Positions 1 through 8,963 of a stretch of 58,174 bases of DNA are shown piece after piece. The DNA is from a virus (lineage: Duplodnaviria > Caudoviricetes): positions 1-58,174 of the IMG/VR virus record IMGVR_UViG_3300032309_000708; one strand, given 5' to 3'. Numbering within the stretch: the stretch's first letter is position 1; each line of letters begins with the position of its first letter. A program made the translations under genes and the position numbers. Below the pieces are notes generated by a model, which did not search any database, had not been told where the DNA came from, and was given only the letters and a program-made list of their open reading frames with translations.

Positions 1-7
1 GTCATGG

Positions 8-295
8 CTACACACCATCTAACCATTCGACAATGTCTATCACGTTGGTTTCGTTTATGACAAAGGCTACCCCACCTGCGTCACGTATATGTTGTAGTTC
101 TCTTTCTTGTAATGCGGTTGTCTTGCCAGCACCTGCCTTTGTTTCTATAGCAAAGAAGTAACCGCGGTAACAACCTACTATGTCAGGTATACCGCTTCTT
201 CCATACCCACCAGTAGCGGGCATGAAGTGATACACGTCACGTTTGATTAACTCTGCACGAACTTTGATTTTGACTTTGCCTTCTGGTGTGGACAT
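8..295 (-). CDS. VRR-NUC domain nuclease / Holliday junction resolvase-like
   Basis: TPEGKVK, GIPDI and AIETKA..TTALQ PD-(D/E)xK pattern; start moved to ATG 295 behind AGGAG. Confidence 0.85.
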   Translation of the reverse strand: MSTPEGKVKIKVRAELIKRDVYHFMPATGGYGRSGIPDIVGCYRGYFFAIETKAGAGKTTALQERELQHIRDAGGVAFVINETNVIDIVEWLDGV

Positions 296-323
296 CACTT
301 CTCCTATGGCTACAGGTATACAT

Positions 324-352
324 AGTATAGGGAAATGAAGAGAGGAGCGCAA
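324..352 (-). promoter_or_regulatory. sigma70-like promoter for VRR-NUC and downstream genes
   Basis: TTGCGC-17-TATACT on minus strand with AT-rich inverted repeat upstream (354-370). Confidence 0.55.
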
Positions 353-378
353 GAAATATTTAAAATATTTTTAGGCAT

Positions 379-416
379 AAAAAAAGGACATAGTTACGTT
401 AAGTAAGTATGTCCTT
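379..416 (-). terminator. intrinsic terminator of the early operon (stem contains the 27-bp palindrome)
   Basis: AAGGACATACTTAC-TTAAC-GTAACTATGTCC followed by a T7 run on minus strand. Confidence 0.6.
387..413. promoter_or_regulatory. 27-bp palindromic site, copy 1
   Basis: GACA TAG TTAC GTTAA GTAA GTA TGTC, 16/16 consensus positions. Confidence 0.8.
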
Positions 417-445
417 GAAAGGGGAGGGAGTCCCCTGAATAAACA

Positions 446-1348
446 CTAGCAAGTCGTTAGTATATCACCACTCATTAAGAAGTACCAAACATTATCATCA
501 CTTCTGTTGTGTATCTTTACACCTACGTGCGCAACAGGTTGCCGTTCGTCAACTATCTTAAGAATAGAAAACTTAGCTTGATATACCTCTGGTAAATCGT
601 AAGACGATTCAATAGTTCGATAGGTGTTATTAGCTAGATCCGCAACTGCCAACTTGCCGTTTACCTCACCTACTAGCAAACCATCTTTCTTACATAGTGA
701 TTCGTTGATACTAACAGCTAGCTTGGCGGTGTCTAGGTCTTTCAATACCGACTCTTTATCTAGCTCATTACTAATAGCTTTCGGTATCTCAATATCCTGC
801 TCACCATTTTTCATACGTCTAAAGTATTCGACTACCTCCAACCCCGAATCGTCTAGCACTTTATTTACAGAACGTGCAGACCAGTACGTCATGTTGCTAG
901 TTTCGCCACTAATATTTTCGTAACACTTATGAACCATGTTAGCTTCAGGAGAAGTAACAAAAACTTTCAGGCAACGCTTCAACGCTTCCTTTGCATCTTT
1001 TGTTTTCTTCGTATCATTACGACCATTGTTCAGCCGGTGCTTATCCGACCTAATCTGATAGACGGTTTCCTTTGTATTACTACGATACACCTCATCGCTA
1101 ACACGAATGTAACCGACTTCTTCTATGCCGTTGTAGACTTTGACACAATTAATAAACTTAACCCATTCTGAATCTTCTATAAGATTAGCTTTGTCATCGT
1201 ACTTAGAACACTTAACAAGGTGCTGAGTATAATCATGTGCCACGAATGACAGCGATGGCATCTTCATGAATACGGTTTCCAGAAACGCATCTAGCTTCCG
1301 GCTAACTTCCATGTCTACAAAGCCTTCCTTATTTCTTTCTACTATCAT
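446..1348 (-). CDS. hypothetical phage protein
   Basis: 300-aa ORF in the operon, AGGAG upstream of ATG 1348. Confidence 0.75.
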   Translation of the reverse strand: MIVERNKEGFVDMEVSRKLDAFLETVFMKMPSLSFVAHDYTQHLVKCSKYDDKANLIEDSEWVKFINCVKVYNGIEEVGYIRVSDEVYRSNTKETVYQIRSDKHRLNNGRNDTKKTKDAKEALKRCLKVFVTSPEANMVHKCYENISGETSNMTYWSARSVNKVLDDSGLEVVEYFRRMKNGEQDIEIPKAISNELDKESVLKDLDTAKLAVSINESLCKKDGLLVGEVNGKLAVADLANNTYRTIESSYDLPEVYQAKFSILKIVDERQPVAHVGVKIHNRSDDNVWYFLMSGDILTTC

Positions 1349-1359
1349 ATTTTTTCTCC

Positions 1360-2253
1360 TTACCATTCGAATTTGTTAAGTATTGCATCAACCTTCTCTT
1401 TGACACCTTGACGGATATGGTCGCTGTCTTTCAGGTCTTCCATATCCGTACCTTTGATTGCTGCTTCTAAGCTAGCACGAGCGCTTTCTAACTCTGGGTC
1501 TTTGGCTACGTTTAAGTTCTTCAACAGCACCAGCAGCTCATCGGCATTTGATAGCAGAGTAGAGTGAAAGACTTTGCGACCACCCTCATCGGTATCGGTT
1601 AGTCTCTCGCTCATGTGAACTAAGCACTCATGCAACCTACCCCATATCTCTCGCATCGCATTATCAACACGACCTTGAAAGTGTTGCTCGTACTGCGTTA
1701 CTAACTCAGCTTTTGCTTGTTCGTTGATGTCAATACGAAAATCCCCTGCTGTCGGCACAGGTGATAATGCATACGTGAACCCGAACTTCTTAGCTACCGC
1801 TTCCTGAGAAGGATACTCATCTCGATCAAAGAGATCACCCAGCTGAAAAGCTGCCGCTGCTATCAGAGTAGGATACTGCTGAACAAAATTTTCAACGAGC
1901 TTATCGAAGTTACGCTTATGCTCATCAAGCTGTGACTTGTACTTACCATACAGATGTTCTGCTGTTACGATACGCAAACCACTATCTGACCAAGGCAAGG
2001 TGTTCAGGTTATTCCACAGTCGCACGTTAGCTGCATACTTAACTACCGCTTCCAATGCGGGACTACCTGCTAACAGGTTCTTGTTGTAGTTACCTGCTTT
2101 GACTTTTGTATTCTTACTTGCATCAACTTCCATTGATACCTTCTTATCTTTCTTTCGTGCAGTCCAACAAGATATAGAAAGCTCTACCAACATTGATGAT
2201 GAAGCTATGCCAAATGATTCGAACTTTGGCTGTTCGTTTGCTAGTGTTATCAT
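1360..2253 (-). CDS. DUF3150-like phage protein
   Basis: LVELSISCWTARKKD, TLPWSDSGLR and LGDLFDRDEYPS motifs; this family typically lies next to AAA/VWA pairs. Confidence 0.65.
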   Translation of the reverse strand: MITLANEQPKFESFGIASSSMLVELSISCWTARKKDKKVSMEVDASKNTKVKAGNYNKNLLAGSPALEAVVKYAANVRLWNNLNTLPWSDSGLRIVTAEHLYGKYKSQLDEHKRNFDKLVENFVQQYPTLIAAAAFQLGDLFDRDEYPSQEAVAKKFGFTYALSPVPTAGDFRIDINEQAKAELVTQYEQHFQGRVDNAMREIWGRLHECLVHMSERLTDTDEGGRKVFHSTLLSNADELLVLLKNLNVAKDPELESARASLEAAIKGTDMEDLKDSDHIRQGVKEKVDAILNKFEW

Positions 2254-2254
2254 T

Positions 2255-2440
2255 TTATTTTCCCTCGTTTAAGTTAGTTTTGTACTTAAGTATTAAATGT
2301 TCTACCACCTGAGTGACACTAGGTGTGAACCCCAACTCCTCTGCTACTGTGGACTTAATTGCTAACAACTTCTCACCTGCTTCAATACTAAGATTGATTG
2401 TTACTCTTTTGTTCTTCCCTTCTAACGTAGTGTTAGTCAT
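2255..2440 (-). CDS. small putative ribbon-helix-helix DNA-binding protein
   Basis: KRVTINLS beta-strand followed by two helices (SVTQVVEHLI). Confidence 0.5.
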   Translation of the reverse strand: MTNTTLEGKNKRVTINLSIEAGEKLLAIKSTVAEELGFTPSVTQVVEHLILKYKTNLNEGK

Positions 2441-3671
2441 ATATATCCCCTTCAACTAATACAGATTGACCATACATCGGAGTGAAACTTTTGTTACCTA
2501 CCACACACCACAACACAGGCACACCTAGCTCTGCCCACTTGTCTGCTTTTGATTCACCATAGAAGTAACCATCGGTTAGCATGATTAGTGCTTGTGGTTT
2601 AATCTTGTTCTCCATCATAAACACAGGCACACATTCTGGTGTAGTACCACCACCCCCCGCAGGTTGAGTAGAGTCGGCAAAGTTTTGTACCTCAGCACCC
2701 GTATACATTTCATGTTTTGCTACGTGCGCATCCCAATACAGTAGGTCAACTATCTCAGGCATTACCTCATCACAGATTGATTTGCTTTCACCTAAGAACC
2801 TACCAAGTATCGCTCCACCGATAGAACCTGATGTGTCAACACCGATAGAGAACCGTTCTGCCTTCTCTGTTATGCAACTCGGCATTACGATATCGATGCC
2901 TAAGTATCTGCGGTTAGGTCTGCGCCATGTCGATTGGTCTCCACCTTTCACATTGGTTTTGACAAACTCACGCAACGCTTCCTTCCAATCTACCTTTGGG
3001 TGCAGCATCTCATTGATGCCACGCATCACGTTACCTTTCATCTTACCTGCTAAGATTGAACCTTCACGCAAAGCATGGTCTATCTCGTTGGATAGTTCTT
3101 GTGCTTCTTCCTCAGTAAGTTCTTCAGCACCTTCCCAATCATGGTCGTCAAGGTCACCACCACTCGGTGATTTCTTATCACCTCTACCTTCACCGTCTCT
3201 ACCTCCCTTACATTCTTTCTTCAACAACTCGTACACCTGACGTGTATCCATGTCACGATACTTCTCGTCTAGCAAACCCATCAACCTACCATCTTCGTCT
3301 CTCGGCATAGCTACGATGTCTTGTGCTTTATCTGAGTCGGCAATCTGTAAGTTAATAACATAGTCCATCGCTGCATTAGCTAGATGCGCATTCTCTTTGG
3401 CTAAGTTCTTCCACACCATCAAGTGACGATACGCTTTGTGCATAGCTTCATGCACTACTAGGAAAGCCAACTGCTTATCATCTAAGCGATCAACAAACGC
3501 ACGACCATACGTTACATCTCTACCATTGGTCTTTGCTGTCGGTGTAATCTCATCGACTACCACCTTACCTACCATGAACACACCTGAGAACAAACAAAAA
3601 TCTTTGTGTCTCATCAATTGAGAGTGCGCTCTCTCGATACGCTGCTCTGCTGTTAGTTTTTTACTGGACAT
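2433..3671 (-). CDS. DUF2201-type metallopeptidase plus VWA domain protein
   Basis: HEAMH zincin motif, TWRRPNRR, VDTSGS MIDAS, GGGGT and LTDG motifs. Confidence 0.85.
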   Translation of the reverse strand: MSSKKLTAEQRIERAHSQLMRHKDFCLFSGVFMVGKVVVDEITPTAKTNGRDVTYGRAFVDRLDDKQLAFLVVHEAMHKAYRHLMVWKNLAKENAHLANAAMDYVINLQIADSDKAQDIVAMPRDEDGRLMGLLDEKYRDMDTRQVYELLKKECKGGRDGEGRGDKKSPSGGDLDDHDWEGAEELTEEEAQELSNEIDHALREGSILAGKMKGNVMRGINEMLHPKVDWKEALREFVKTNVKGGDQSTWRRPNRRYLGIDIVMPSCITEKAERFSIGVDTSGSIGGAILGRFLGESKSICDEVMPEIVDLLYWDAHVAKHEMYTGAEVQNFADSTQPAGGGGTTPECVPVFMMENKIKPQALIMLTDGYFYGESKADKWAELGVPVLWCVVGNKSFTPMYGQSVLVEGDIYD

Positions 3672-3912
3672 AGTCACCCCCTGTAAGTTTGTCTTCGCTT
3701 TCGAAATTGTCGTAAAGTAACTTGACTGATGAGTCTAAAGATTCCATCAATGCGTATTTATCAATCTCACAATCCATAGCTGCTTTTACTAGCACCATAG
3801 TCAATGCCATTAGCGCAGTACCAAACTCTACTTCGCTGTTAGTAAGAGTATTGGCTATCAGTAAAGCTGTACCCCTTACTTTTTCCGCTTCTTTCTCTTC
3901 ATCGCTTGTCAT
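3661..3912 (-). CDS. hypothetical protein
   Basis: 83-aa ORF with AGGAG RBS, packed between the AAA and VWA genes. Confidence 0.65.
   Translation of the reverse strand: MTSDEEKEAEKVRGTALLIANTLTNSEVEFGTALMALTMVLVKAAMDCEIDKYALMESLDSSVKLLYDNFESEDKLTGGDYVQ
3667..3693. promoter_or_regulatory. 27-bp palindromic site, copy 2 (covers RBS/start of VWA gene)
   Basis: GACA TAG TCAC CCCCT GTAA GTT TGTC, 15/16. Confidence 0.75.
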
Positions 3913-3921
3913 TTCTTTCTC

Positions 3922-4983
3922 CTAGAATAAGTATTGGTTCTCACGCATCCAAGTAACGAACGAACTGCTCGTCATTAAGATGTTTTTCTTGTCTTCGTTC
4001 TTCGCTGTGGTTAAGCAGAACACAGATTGCAACTCTTTCGGTGTACGCTTTAAGTAATCAAACCATGCAGCGATGTTGCTACGCTCAATGCGTTGTACTG
4101 CACCGTAAGCCATGATGCACAATGCAGCTGACGATGTTGGTACTTTGCAGTTCTTCGGGTCTTTAATTACTTCTTCCCATGTAGGTAACGTATCTGCAAC
4201 GTCAACGTATGCAAGTAAGTCTCTCGCTGTTGATTCACCGATAGTGCCAGTCAAACCTGCAAGCAAAGCATTACGACTTATCTCACTACGTTTCCATAGC
4301 ACGTTACTAGCACGATGACCTGAACGTGGAGAGAAGTAAGACTTTTGTGGAGTCTTAGGATTAAAGATATGGTAGTTCTCTTTCTGTGACGGGTCTTTGT
4401 ATGACGCAAAGATTTGCGGATACGCTTTTGCAAACGCTAACATCTCTGGTGCGATACCTGCTGATGCACCCCACTCAATCCACTCTTCTGAATAAGGATT
4501 GCGAATAGGTACGACAGTCATACGGTTTAAGCTGTGGCTCTTTAGCAAATCACCCACACCATCGGTTAGGTTGTTACCTGCTGTGATAACAATAGAGTCT
4601 TTATGCAAGTGCATACCACCAATACGTCGCTCGTTAAGCAGTGGGTGTAGCATGTTCTGCACAGCTTGTGACGTTGGCTTAGTAAACTCGTCAAGGAAAA
4701 TACAAAGCGGTTCGTTCTTGTGAAATCCCCATACCTCGTTAGGGTACAGCGATGTTGTGCGTGTCTCATGGTTCGGCATAGGTATGCCAATGTCACCCAA
4801 CTCGGTGTTAGGTATGTCGATGTACACACCACGATAACCTGTCTTTGCTACTACCCTATCAAACATGGCAGTCTTACCAATTCCAGGTTGTCCAACTAGG
4901 TGTATCGCATTTGTTTGACCACATGAAAGAATTAACTGCTCTGCTTCTGCGAGGGATACTTCTACGTTCATGTTAACTTGCAT
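3922..4983 (-). CDS. MoxR-type AAA+ ATPase
   Basis: Walker A GQPGIGKT, Walker B IFLDE, ITAGN sensor, SPRS motif; adjacent VWA partner. Confidence 0.9.
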   Translation of the reverse strand: MQVNMNVEVSLAEAEQLILSCGQTNAIHLVGQPGIGKTAMFDRVVAKTGYRGVYIDIPNTELGDIGIPMPNHETRTTSLYPNEVWGFHKNEPLCIFLDEFTKPTSQAVQNMLHPLLNERRIGGMHLHKDSIVITAGNNLTDGVGDLLKSHSLNRMTVVPIRNPYSEEWIEWGASAGIAPEMLAFAKAYPQIFASYKDPSQKENYHIFNPKTPQKSYFSPRSGHRASNVLWKRSEISRNALLAGLTGTIGESTARDLLAYVDVADTLPTWEEVIKDPKNCKVPTSSAALCIMAYGAVQRIERSNIAAWFDYLKRTPKELQSVFCLTTAKNEDKKNILMTSSSFVTWMRENQYLF

Positions 4984-5021
4984 TTTACTTCTCCTTGTTT
5001 GCTAGTGATTTAAGTTTATGT

Positions 5022-6092
5022 TTACTGCGACACACTTACGTCGTGTAAATTTGTCTTTACTGCTCTCGGCATTTGTCTGCCGTATGCTATGTACTTCTGG
5101 TTTGCTGCTGATGCGGGTTTATCTTTGCTTGCTAGCTCCTTATCAAATAGCATATACGCATACTCGTATCGGATTAGGTCGTACACATACTCTCTGAACT
5201 TCTTTGGCTCACATATCAACTGCCACCGTCTACCCGCACCTGTTGTTGCTGAGATTTGTACGTGCTGTGTCCATTCACGTTTTGCTGCATGAACAGAGAG
5301 AAACTGAAACAACTGATAAAACACCTGTGTCTTGTCCTCCTCTTTAGTAAAGGTAAGTGCTGCGTCTAAGTCATCGAACCATGCTGCTCTTGAGTCCTCA
5401 CAATCATCAACACCCCGATGTTTCAAAATACTAGTGTCGGTTGTCATGCGGTTGTACTTGGTTAAATCCAACTGCGTGTCCTGATGTGTGATTGTCACGT
5501 TGTCATTAAACTTCAACAACAAAGTACCGTAGTCGATGAACTCTTTGTACTTCTTACGCAGCGTTGACATCTTTGCCTTGTTTAGGGTGTAAATGTACTC
5601 AGGTGTTCCACCTTCTACTTCTCCGTTAGGGAGAATGGTTATCCCCTCTCTGATTAAGTGATACTGCTTGTTGTTGTCGATGTAGTAATTCATCGAACGA
5701 GTACGTGCAATGCGGTCTATGAAGTAATGATTTGGATTCGGCTGAAACGTGCCTAGTCCTGCTTTGATAGCTAGACCTGTTGAACATGAGTCCCAGAGAT
5801 AATTAACTGTTTCCCCATTGCGATGTACTGACGTATGGATTTGCCCTATCTTAATAGTCCCATCAGGAAAGTACGAAATAACATCTGTGCCGTAGTAGCT
5901 GCACACCACCACGTTCTCGATGCCACCAACGGTTCGCTTCTCTATTAGGGAGCGTGTGTACCTGCGATTGCCACCCCACGGTTTTTGCCCTACAAAGGTG
6001 CTGTTCTTTTGATAAGGTCTAGTCTCATCATAGCGATGCAGCGCATCTGTATAAGTCTTTAGTACGGGTATACCGTCTGCTGTCCATACCAT
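5022..6092 (-). CDS. hypothetical phage protein
   Basis: 356-aa ORF, TAATG coupling to the upstream gene, YYGTDVISYFPDG motif. Confidence 0.75.
   Translation of the reverse strand: MVWTADGIPVLKTYTDALHRYDETRPYQKNSTFVGQKPWGGNRRYTRSLIEKRTVGGIENVVVCSYYGTDVISYFPDGTIKIGQIHTSVHRNGETVNYLWDSCSTGLAIKAGLGTFQPNPNHYFIDRIARTRSMNYYIDNNKQYHLIREGITILPNGEVEGGTPEYIYTLNKAKMSTLRKKYKEFIDYGTLLLKFNDNVTITHQDTQLDLTKYNRMTTDTSILKHRGVDDCEDSRAAWFDDLDAALTFTKEEDKTQVFYQLFQFLSVHAAKREWTQHVQISATTGAGRRWQLICEPKKFREYVYDLIRYEYAYMLFDKELASKDKPASAANQKYIAYGRQMPRAVKTNLHDVSVSQ
5029..5055. promoter_or_regulatory. 27-bp palindromic site, copy 3
   Basis: GACA CAC TTAC GTCGT GTAA ATT TGTC, 16/16. Confidence 0.8.
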
Positions 6093-6304
6093 TATTCATC
6101 TCCCTTCTCTATATAGTTACGTTCAATGTGACTTGCAATTGTGTTAAGAAGAATTTGCACCGATGAAACTGCGAGTGCATCACCCTTGATTACGTGGAAC
6201 AAATCATTCATCGCTTCCTCTACTGTTTCTCTAGTAGCAAACAGATTAGATTGAATGCCCTTCGTGAACTCTTTCAGTTCTTCGGTTTTAGTTTTATCCA
6301 CCAT
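6092..6304 (-). CDS. small hypothetical protein
   Basis: GGAG RBS, abuts/overlaps neighbours. Confidence 0.65.
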   Translation of the reverse strand: MVDKTKTEELKEFTKGIQSNLFATRETVEEAMNDLFHVIKGDALAVSSVQILLNTIASHIERNYIEKGDE

Positions 6305-6488
6305 TTAAATCTCCCATTGTTAAGATGTTACGGAAAACTACTTTGCCTTTCGATTCGAGGATACGTTTCCATTCCTCTGCTGCTGCCTGAGTGTTAAAGA
6401 TTGCTATCTCTTCATCACCCTCTACTAACCACACCTTCGAGACTTCCTTACAGTATGTAAGTTTGTCTTGTTCGTTATCCTGTTTCAT
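6294..6488 (-). CDS. small hypothetical protein
   Basis: ATGA-type overlap with the upstream ORF. Confidence 0.6.
   Translation of the reverse strand: MKQDNEQDKLTYCKEVSKVWLVEGDEEIAIFNTQAAAEEWKRILESKGKVVFRNILTMGDLNGG
6441..6467. promoter_or_regulatory. 27-bp palindromic site, copy 4 (intragenic)
   Basis: GACT TCC TTAC AGTAT GTAA GTT TGTC, 15/16. Confidence 0.75.
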
Positions 6489-6694
6489 ACGATGTGCCTT
6501 ACGAGTTGGGCGGACAATTCCGCATTTACTTTGTTTGCTACGCTACTATCAAATGCCTTAACTCCATAGAAACGAGCGAGTAACTCATTGTGGTGTTTGA
6601 TAAGCATAGATTCGTGCTCTTGTTTCGCAGCAAGACGTACCTTCTTTGCGTGTTCCATCTTTACCCAATCCCTTGTTTGTTTGCTATTCGTCAT
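6485..6694 (-). CDS. small hypothetical protein
   Basis: coupled ORF in the early operon. Confidence 0.6.
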   Translation of the reverse strand: MTNSKQTRDWVKMEHAKKVRLAAKQEHESMLIKHHNELLARFYGVKAFDSSVANKVNAELSAQLVRHIV

Positions 6695-6848
6695 TCATTC
6701 CCCCCATTAATAAAGCACCGAATACTGCACCTGCCCAGAACAACATAAGCTGTTGTATATACCGACCATCTACATCAAAGCAGACAACCAGTACAACAAA
6801 TATAAATACCATTACACCCATCGTAAAAAGTCTATTGTTCATCTTCAT
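6684..6848 (-). CDS. small two-TM membrane protein
   Basis: two hydrophobic segments; GGGAGG RBS before ATG 6848. Confidence 0.55.
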   Translation of the reverse strand: MKMNNRLFTMGVMVFIFVVLVVCFDVDGRYIQQLMLFWAGAVFGALLMGGMNDE

Positions 6849-7173
6849 TCCCTCCCATAAAAGCTGCCATGTAACCTGATATATATGCTCGCAATACACC
6901 TGCGTTTACATCATCTAATAGACAATACCCATTCACCTGTTCTTCTGCCGGAAGTCCTTCATGGTCTAAAACCTTGTCTAAAAAACCATGCTCTAACAAC
7001 TTGTCAGCTGCCATGCTATCGGTGTTCAAATGCTTCAATGCCATTTTGTAAAGACTACCTTCTTCGGCATTGATACACTTCTCTATTAGCTGCATAGCAG
7101 GGCGGTCATATCGTAATGCTCTTAGCCTTTTATACTCCCGCCTTTCAGCGTCTTTATCCTCGTCTTCAATCAT
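6832..7173 (-). CDS. hypothetical protein
   Basis: 113-aa coupled ORF. Confidence 0.65.
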   Translation of the reverse strand: MIEDEDKDAERREYKRLRALRYDRPAMQLIEKCINAEEGSLYKMALKHLNTDSMAADKLLEHGFLDKVLDHEGLPAEEQVNGYCLLDDVNAGVLRAYISGYMAAFMGGNEDEQ

Positions 7174-7472
7174 TTCTTTTTACCTTTCTGTTTCTCCATC
7201 TTTTCCACCCAATCAAGCGCAGCTTGGAAACCACTCAGGAAAGTTTCTTCCATATCATCGTAGTTAAACAATGCTTCCTTGCCACCTTTGTCGCCCTCGT
7301 TATGCAACTGTTGAACACCTTCATCGTCTATTGAGAACTCAGGGTCGTAGTTATCCCATGCCTTGTAAGCAGCTTTTAGTCTTGGCAAAACGAGAACGAA
7401 TTCATTTGGCTCTCCCTCGACTGGCAATATGTCGTAGGCTTTGTTTTCTGTGTTGTATGTTTTGGTTGTCAT
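7170..7472 (-). CDS. hypothetical acidic protein
   Basis: 100-aa ORF, AGGAGG RBS. Confidence 0.65.
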   Translation of the reverse strand: MTTKTYNTENKAYDILPVEGEPNEFVLVLPRLKAAYKAWDNYDPEFSIDDEGVQQLHNEGDKGGKEALFNYDDMEETFLSGFQAALDWVEKMEKQKGKKK

Positions 7473-7702
7473 TTAACTAACCCTCCTTTGTTGTTGATAC
7501 CGATAGCAACTTCTCTGGCAGTTTCGGCTGTGAAGAACATTGCGCCTTGTTTGTGTGGTGTTAATACAGTCCACGATTTTCTTGCTGCTTCGGCAGCAGC
7601 ATCACCGCAGGGTAAACAAGTTTTTCTACCAATCTTCCATCGCTCAAACTCGTACTCTGCTCCACACATCATGCACTCTGGTGTATGTGTGACTTCAATC
7701 AT
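7469..7702 (-). CDS. C4 zinc-finger protein (DksA/TraR-finger-like)
   Basis: CMMC-x15-CLPC with a conserved-looking Arg between the Cys pairs. Confidence 0.6.
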   Translation of the reverse strand: MIEVTHTPECMMCGAEYEFERWKIGRKTCLPCGDAAAEAARKSWTVLTPHKQGAMFFTAETAREVAIGINNKGGLVK

Positions 7703-7949
7703 CTTTAACTCCCTTCTTCGCTAGGAAATCCTCTAATGCTATGAGAAGCTGCGTTTGTTCATCTCTCGCTTGCAGATACAAGTCTTTGTGCTCGTATTTG
7801 AATGGAGATTTGTACTTGAGGTGTTTTACACACAAGGTAAGCAGTTTTGTCATATTGGCATCAAACTCCTTGAAGTTATCTAATATGCTTTGCACTTTGG
7901 CTTTTACTTCTGCTCTGTTCTTTTCGTATGCTGCTTTGTCTTCAATCAT
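7695..7949 (-). CDS. hypothetical helical protein
   Basis: 84-aa coupled ORF. Confidence 0.6.
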   Translation of the reverse strand: MIEDKAAYEKNRAEVKAKVQSILDNFKEFDANMTKLLTLCVKHLKYKSPFKYEHKDLYLQARDEQTQLLIALEDFLAKKGVKDD

Positions 7950-8130
7950 GGTTCGAATCCCTATCTGTTGTTTGCAGGTTTTGCTGCTCTGCTATGCAAT
8001 CTTCCCTTGTGCTGCATGCCTGACATACTGTGTGACCGAATGCCATGCGATTCTTGCCGATGGTGTTGACCTTGCAGTTTCGGCAAATGTTCGGGTTGCG
8101 TGTGTTGTGTGGTTTGATTCGCTTGGACAT
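7942..8130 (-). CDS. first gene of early operon, C4 zinc-finger protein
   Basis: CRNC-x16-CQAC; AAGGGGT RBS before ATG 8130. Confidence 0.6.
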   Translation of the reverse strand: MSKRIKPHNTRNPNICRNCKVNTIGKNRMAFGHTVCQACSTREDCIAEQQNLQTTDRDSNHD

Positions 8131-8152
8131 ATTTACCCCTTGTAAGTTTGTC
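8126..8152. promoter_or_regulatory. 27-bp palindromic site, copy 5 (covers RBS/start of first early gene)
   Basis: GACA TAT TTAC CCCTT GTAA GTT TGTC, 16/16. Confidence 0.8.
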
Positions 8153-8218
8153 GTTGAAAAATGTTGAGTAGAACAATAGCGATGTAACAACAAAAACAAT
8201 CTCTACCCAACAGACTAC

Positions 8219-8247
8219 ATTATAACACAATAACTATACAATGTCAA
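8219..8247 (-). promoter_or_regulatory. consensus sigma70 promoter of the leftward early operon
   Basis: TTGACA-17-TATAAT with extended -10 TG. Confidence 0.9.
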
Positions 8248-8650
8248 GTAAGTGTCCACCTTTTGTTTCATTTTCTTTTGCTATTGCAATATGGAGAGTT
8301 TGGTGGTTTTGGTGTGGGGCAGATGTTGTTTGATTAGTAATTGTTCTGCCTATTTTTTAGGCAAAATTGGTTGTAATGTTCTAAAAAAGTGGTTAAAAAC
8401 AAGAAAAACAGAACAATCAAGAACAATACAACCCAGTGTTTATGCGGATTGTACGTAATGTTCTAATGTTCTTATGTTTGAGAGAGAGAAGCGCTGAAAC
8501 GAATTCGAACATTGGGTGGTGCAGAGATACACTTGCGGGATAGCTCGCTCGAAATAGTTTTTTCAATTTTCTCTAAAAAAACACGGAACAATAGGAACAT
8601 TAGAACAAATGCCACTTTGACAATGCGTTTTTGACCATGTTTATCTTTAT

Positions 8651-8663
8651 AATCAACGACTTA
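8651..8663 (+). promoter_or_regulatory. IHF consensus site
   Basis: AATCAACGACTTA matches WATCAANNNNTTR. Confidence 0.55.
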
Positions 8664-8731
8664 GCTGCGTTTTGTATTGTTCTATTTTTTTATTGTATTG
8701 TTCTAGCTTTTTAAAAACACAGAACAATAGG

Positions 8732-8758
8732 GACATGCTTACTTTGCGTAATTTTGTC
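8732..8758. promoter_or_regulatory. 27-bp palindromic site, copy 6
   Basis: GACA TGC TTAC TTTGC GTAA TTT TGTC, 16/16. Confidence 0.8.
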
Positions 8759-8798
8759 GCGCTTTTCCTGTGCGTCTAGGGAATTCCTAATTAATCGG

Positions 8799-8832
8799 CT
8801 ACCACGTTGGTATGACCGTTCCTTGTCTTTTT
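8799..8832 (+). repeat. 34-bp direct repeat, copy A
   Basis: CTACCACGTTGGTATGACCGTTCCTTGTCTTTTT, 32/34 identical to 9587-9620. Confidence 0.9.
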
Positions 8833-8877
8833 TGTATTGTTCTATCCTTTTTTCTGGTCTAAAATAAATAAAATAAT

Positions 8878-8907
8878 TTCACACATAATGTTTCATTTGT
8901 GTATAAT
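8878..8907 (+). promoter_or_regulatory. sigma70-like promoter, cassette 1
   Basis: TTCACA-18-TATAAT with A-tract upstream. Confidence 0.7.
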
Positions 8908-8915
8908 AGACCTTA

Positions 8916-8942
8916 GACAGACTTACATAGGGTAAGCGAGTC
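8916..8942. promoter_or_regulatory. 27-bp palindromic site, copy 7 (just downstream of -10)
   Basis: GACA GAC TTAC ATAGG GTAA GCG AGTC, 15/16. Confidence 0.75.
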
Positions 8943-8963
8943 TATTAATATAAAGGAAATAAA

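Larger units (their letters stand above)
8170..8845. repeat. iteron-like GAACA/TGTTC repeat field, putative replication origin
   Basis: about 15 copies in both orientations; TTGTATTGTTCT at 8672, 8693 and 8832, its reverse complement at 8420; AT-rich, no credible ORF. Confidence 0.65.
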
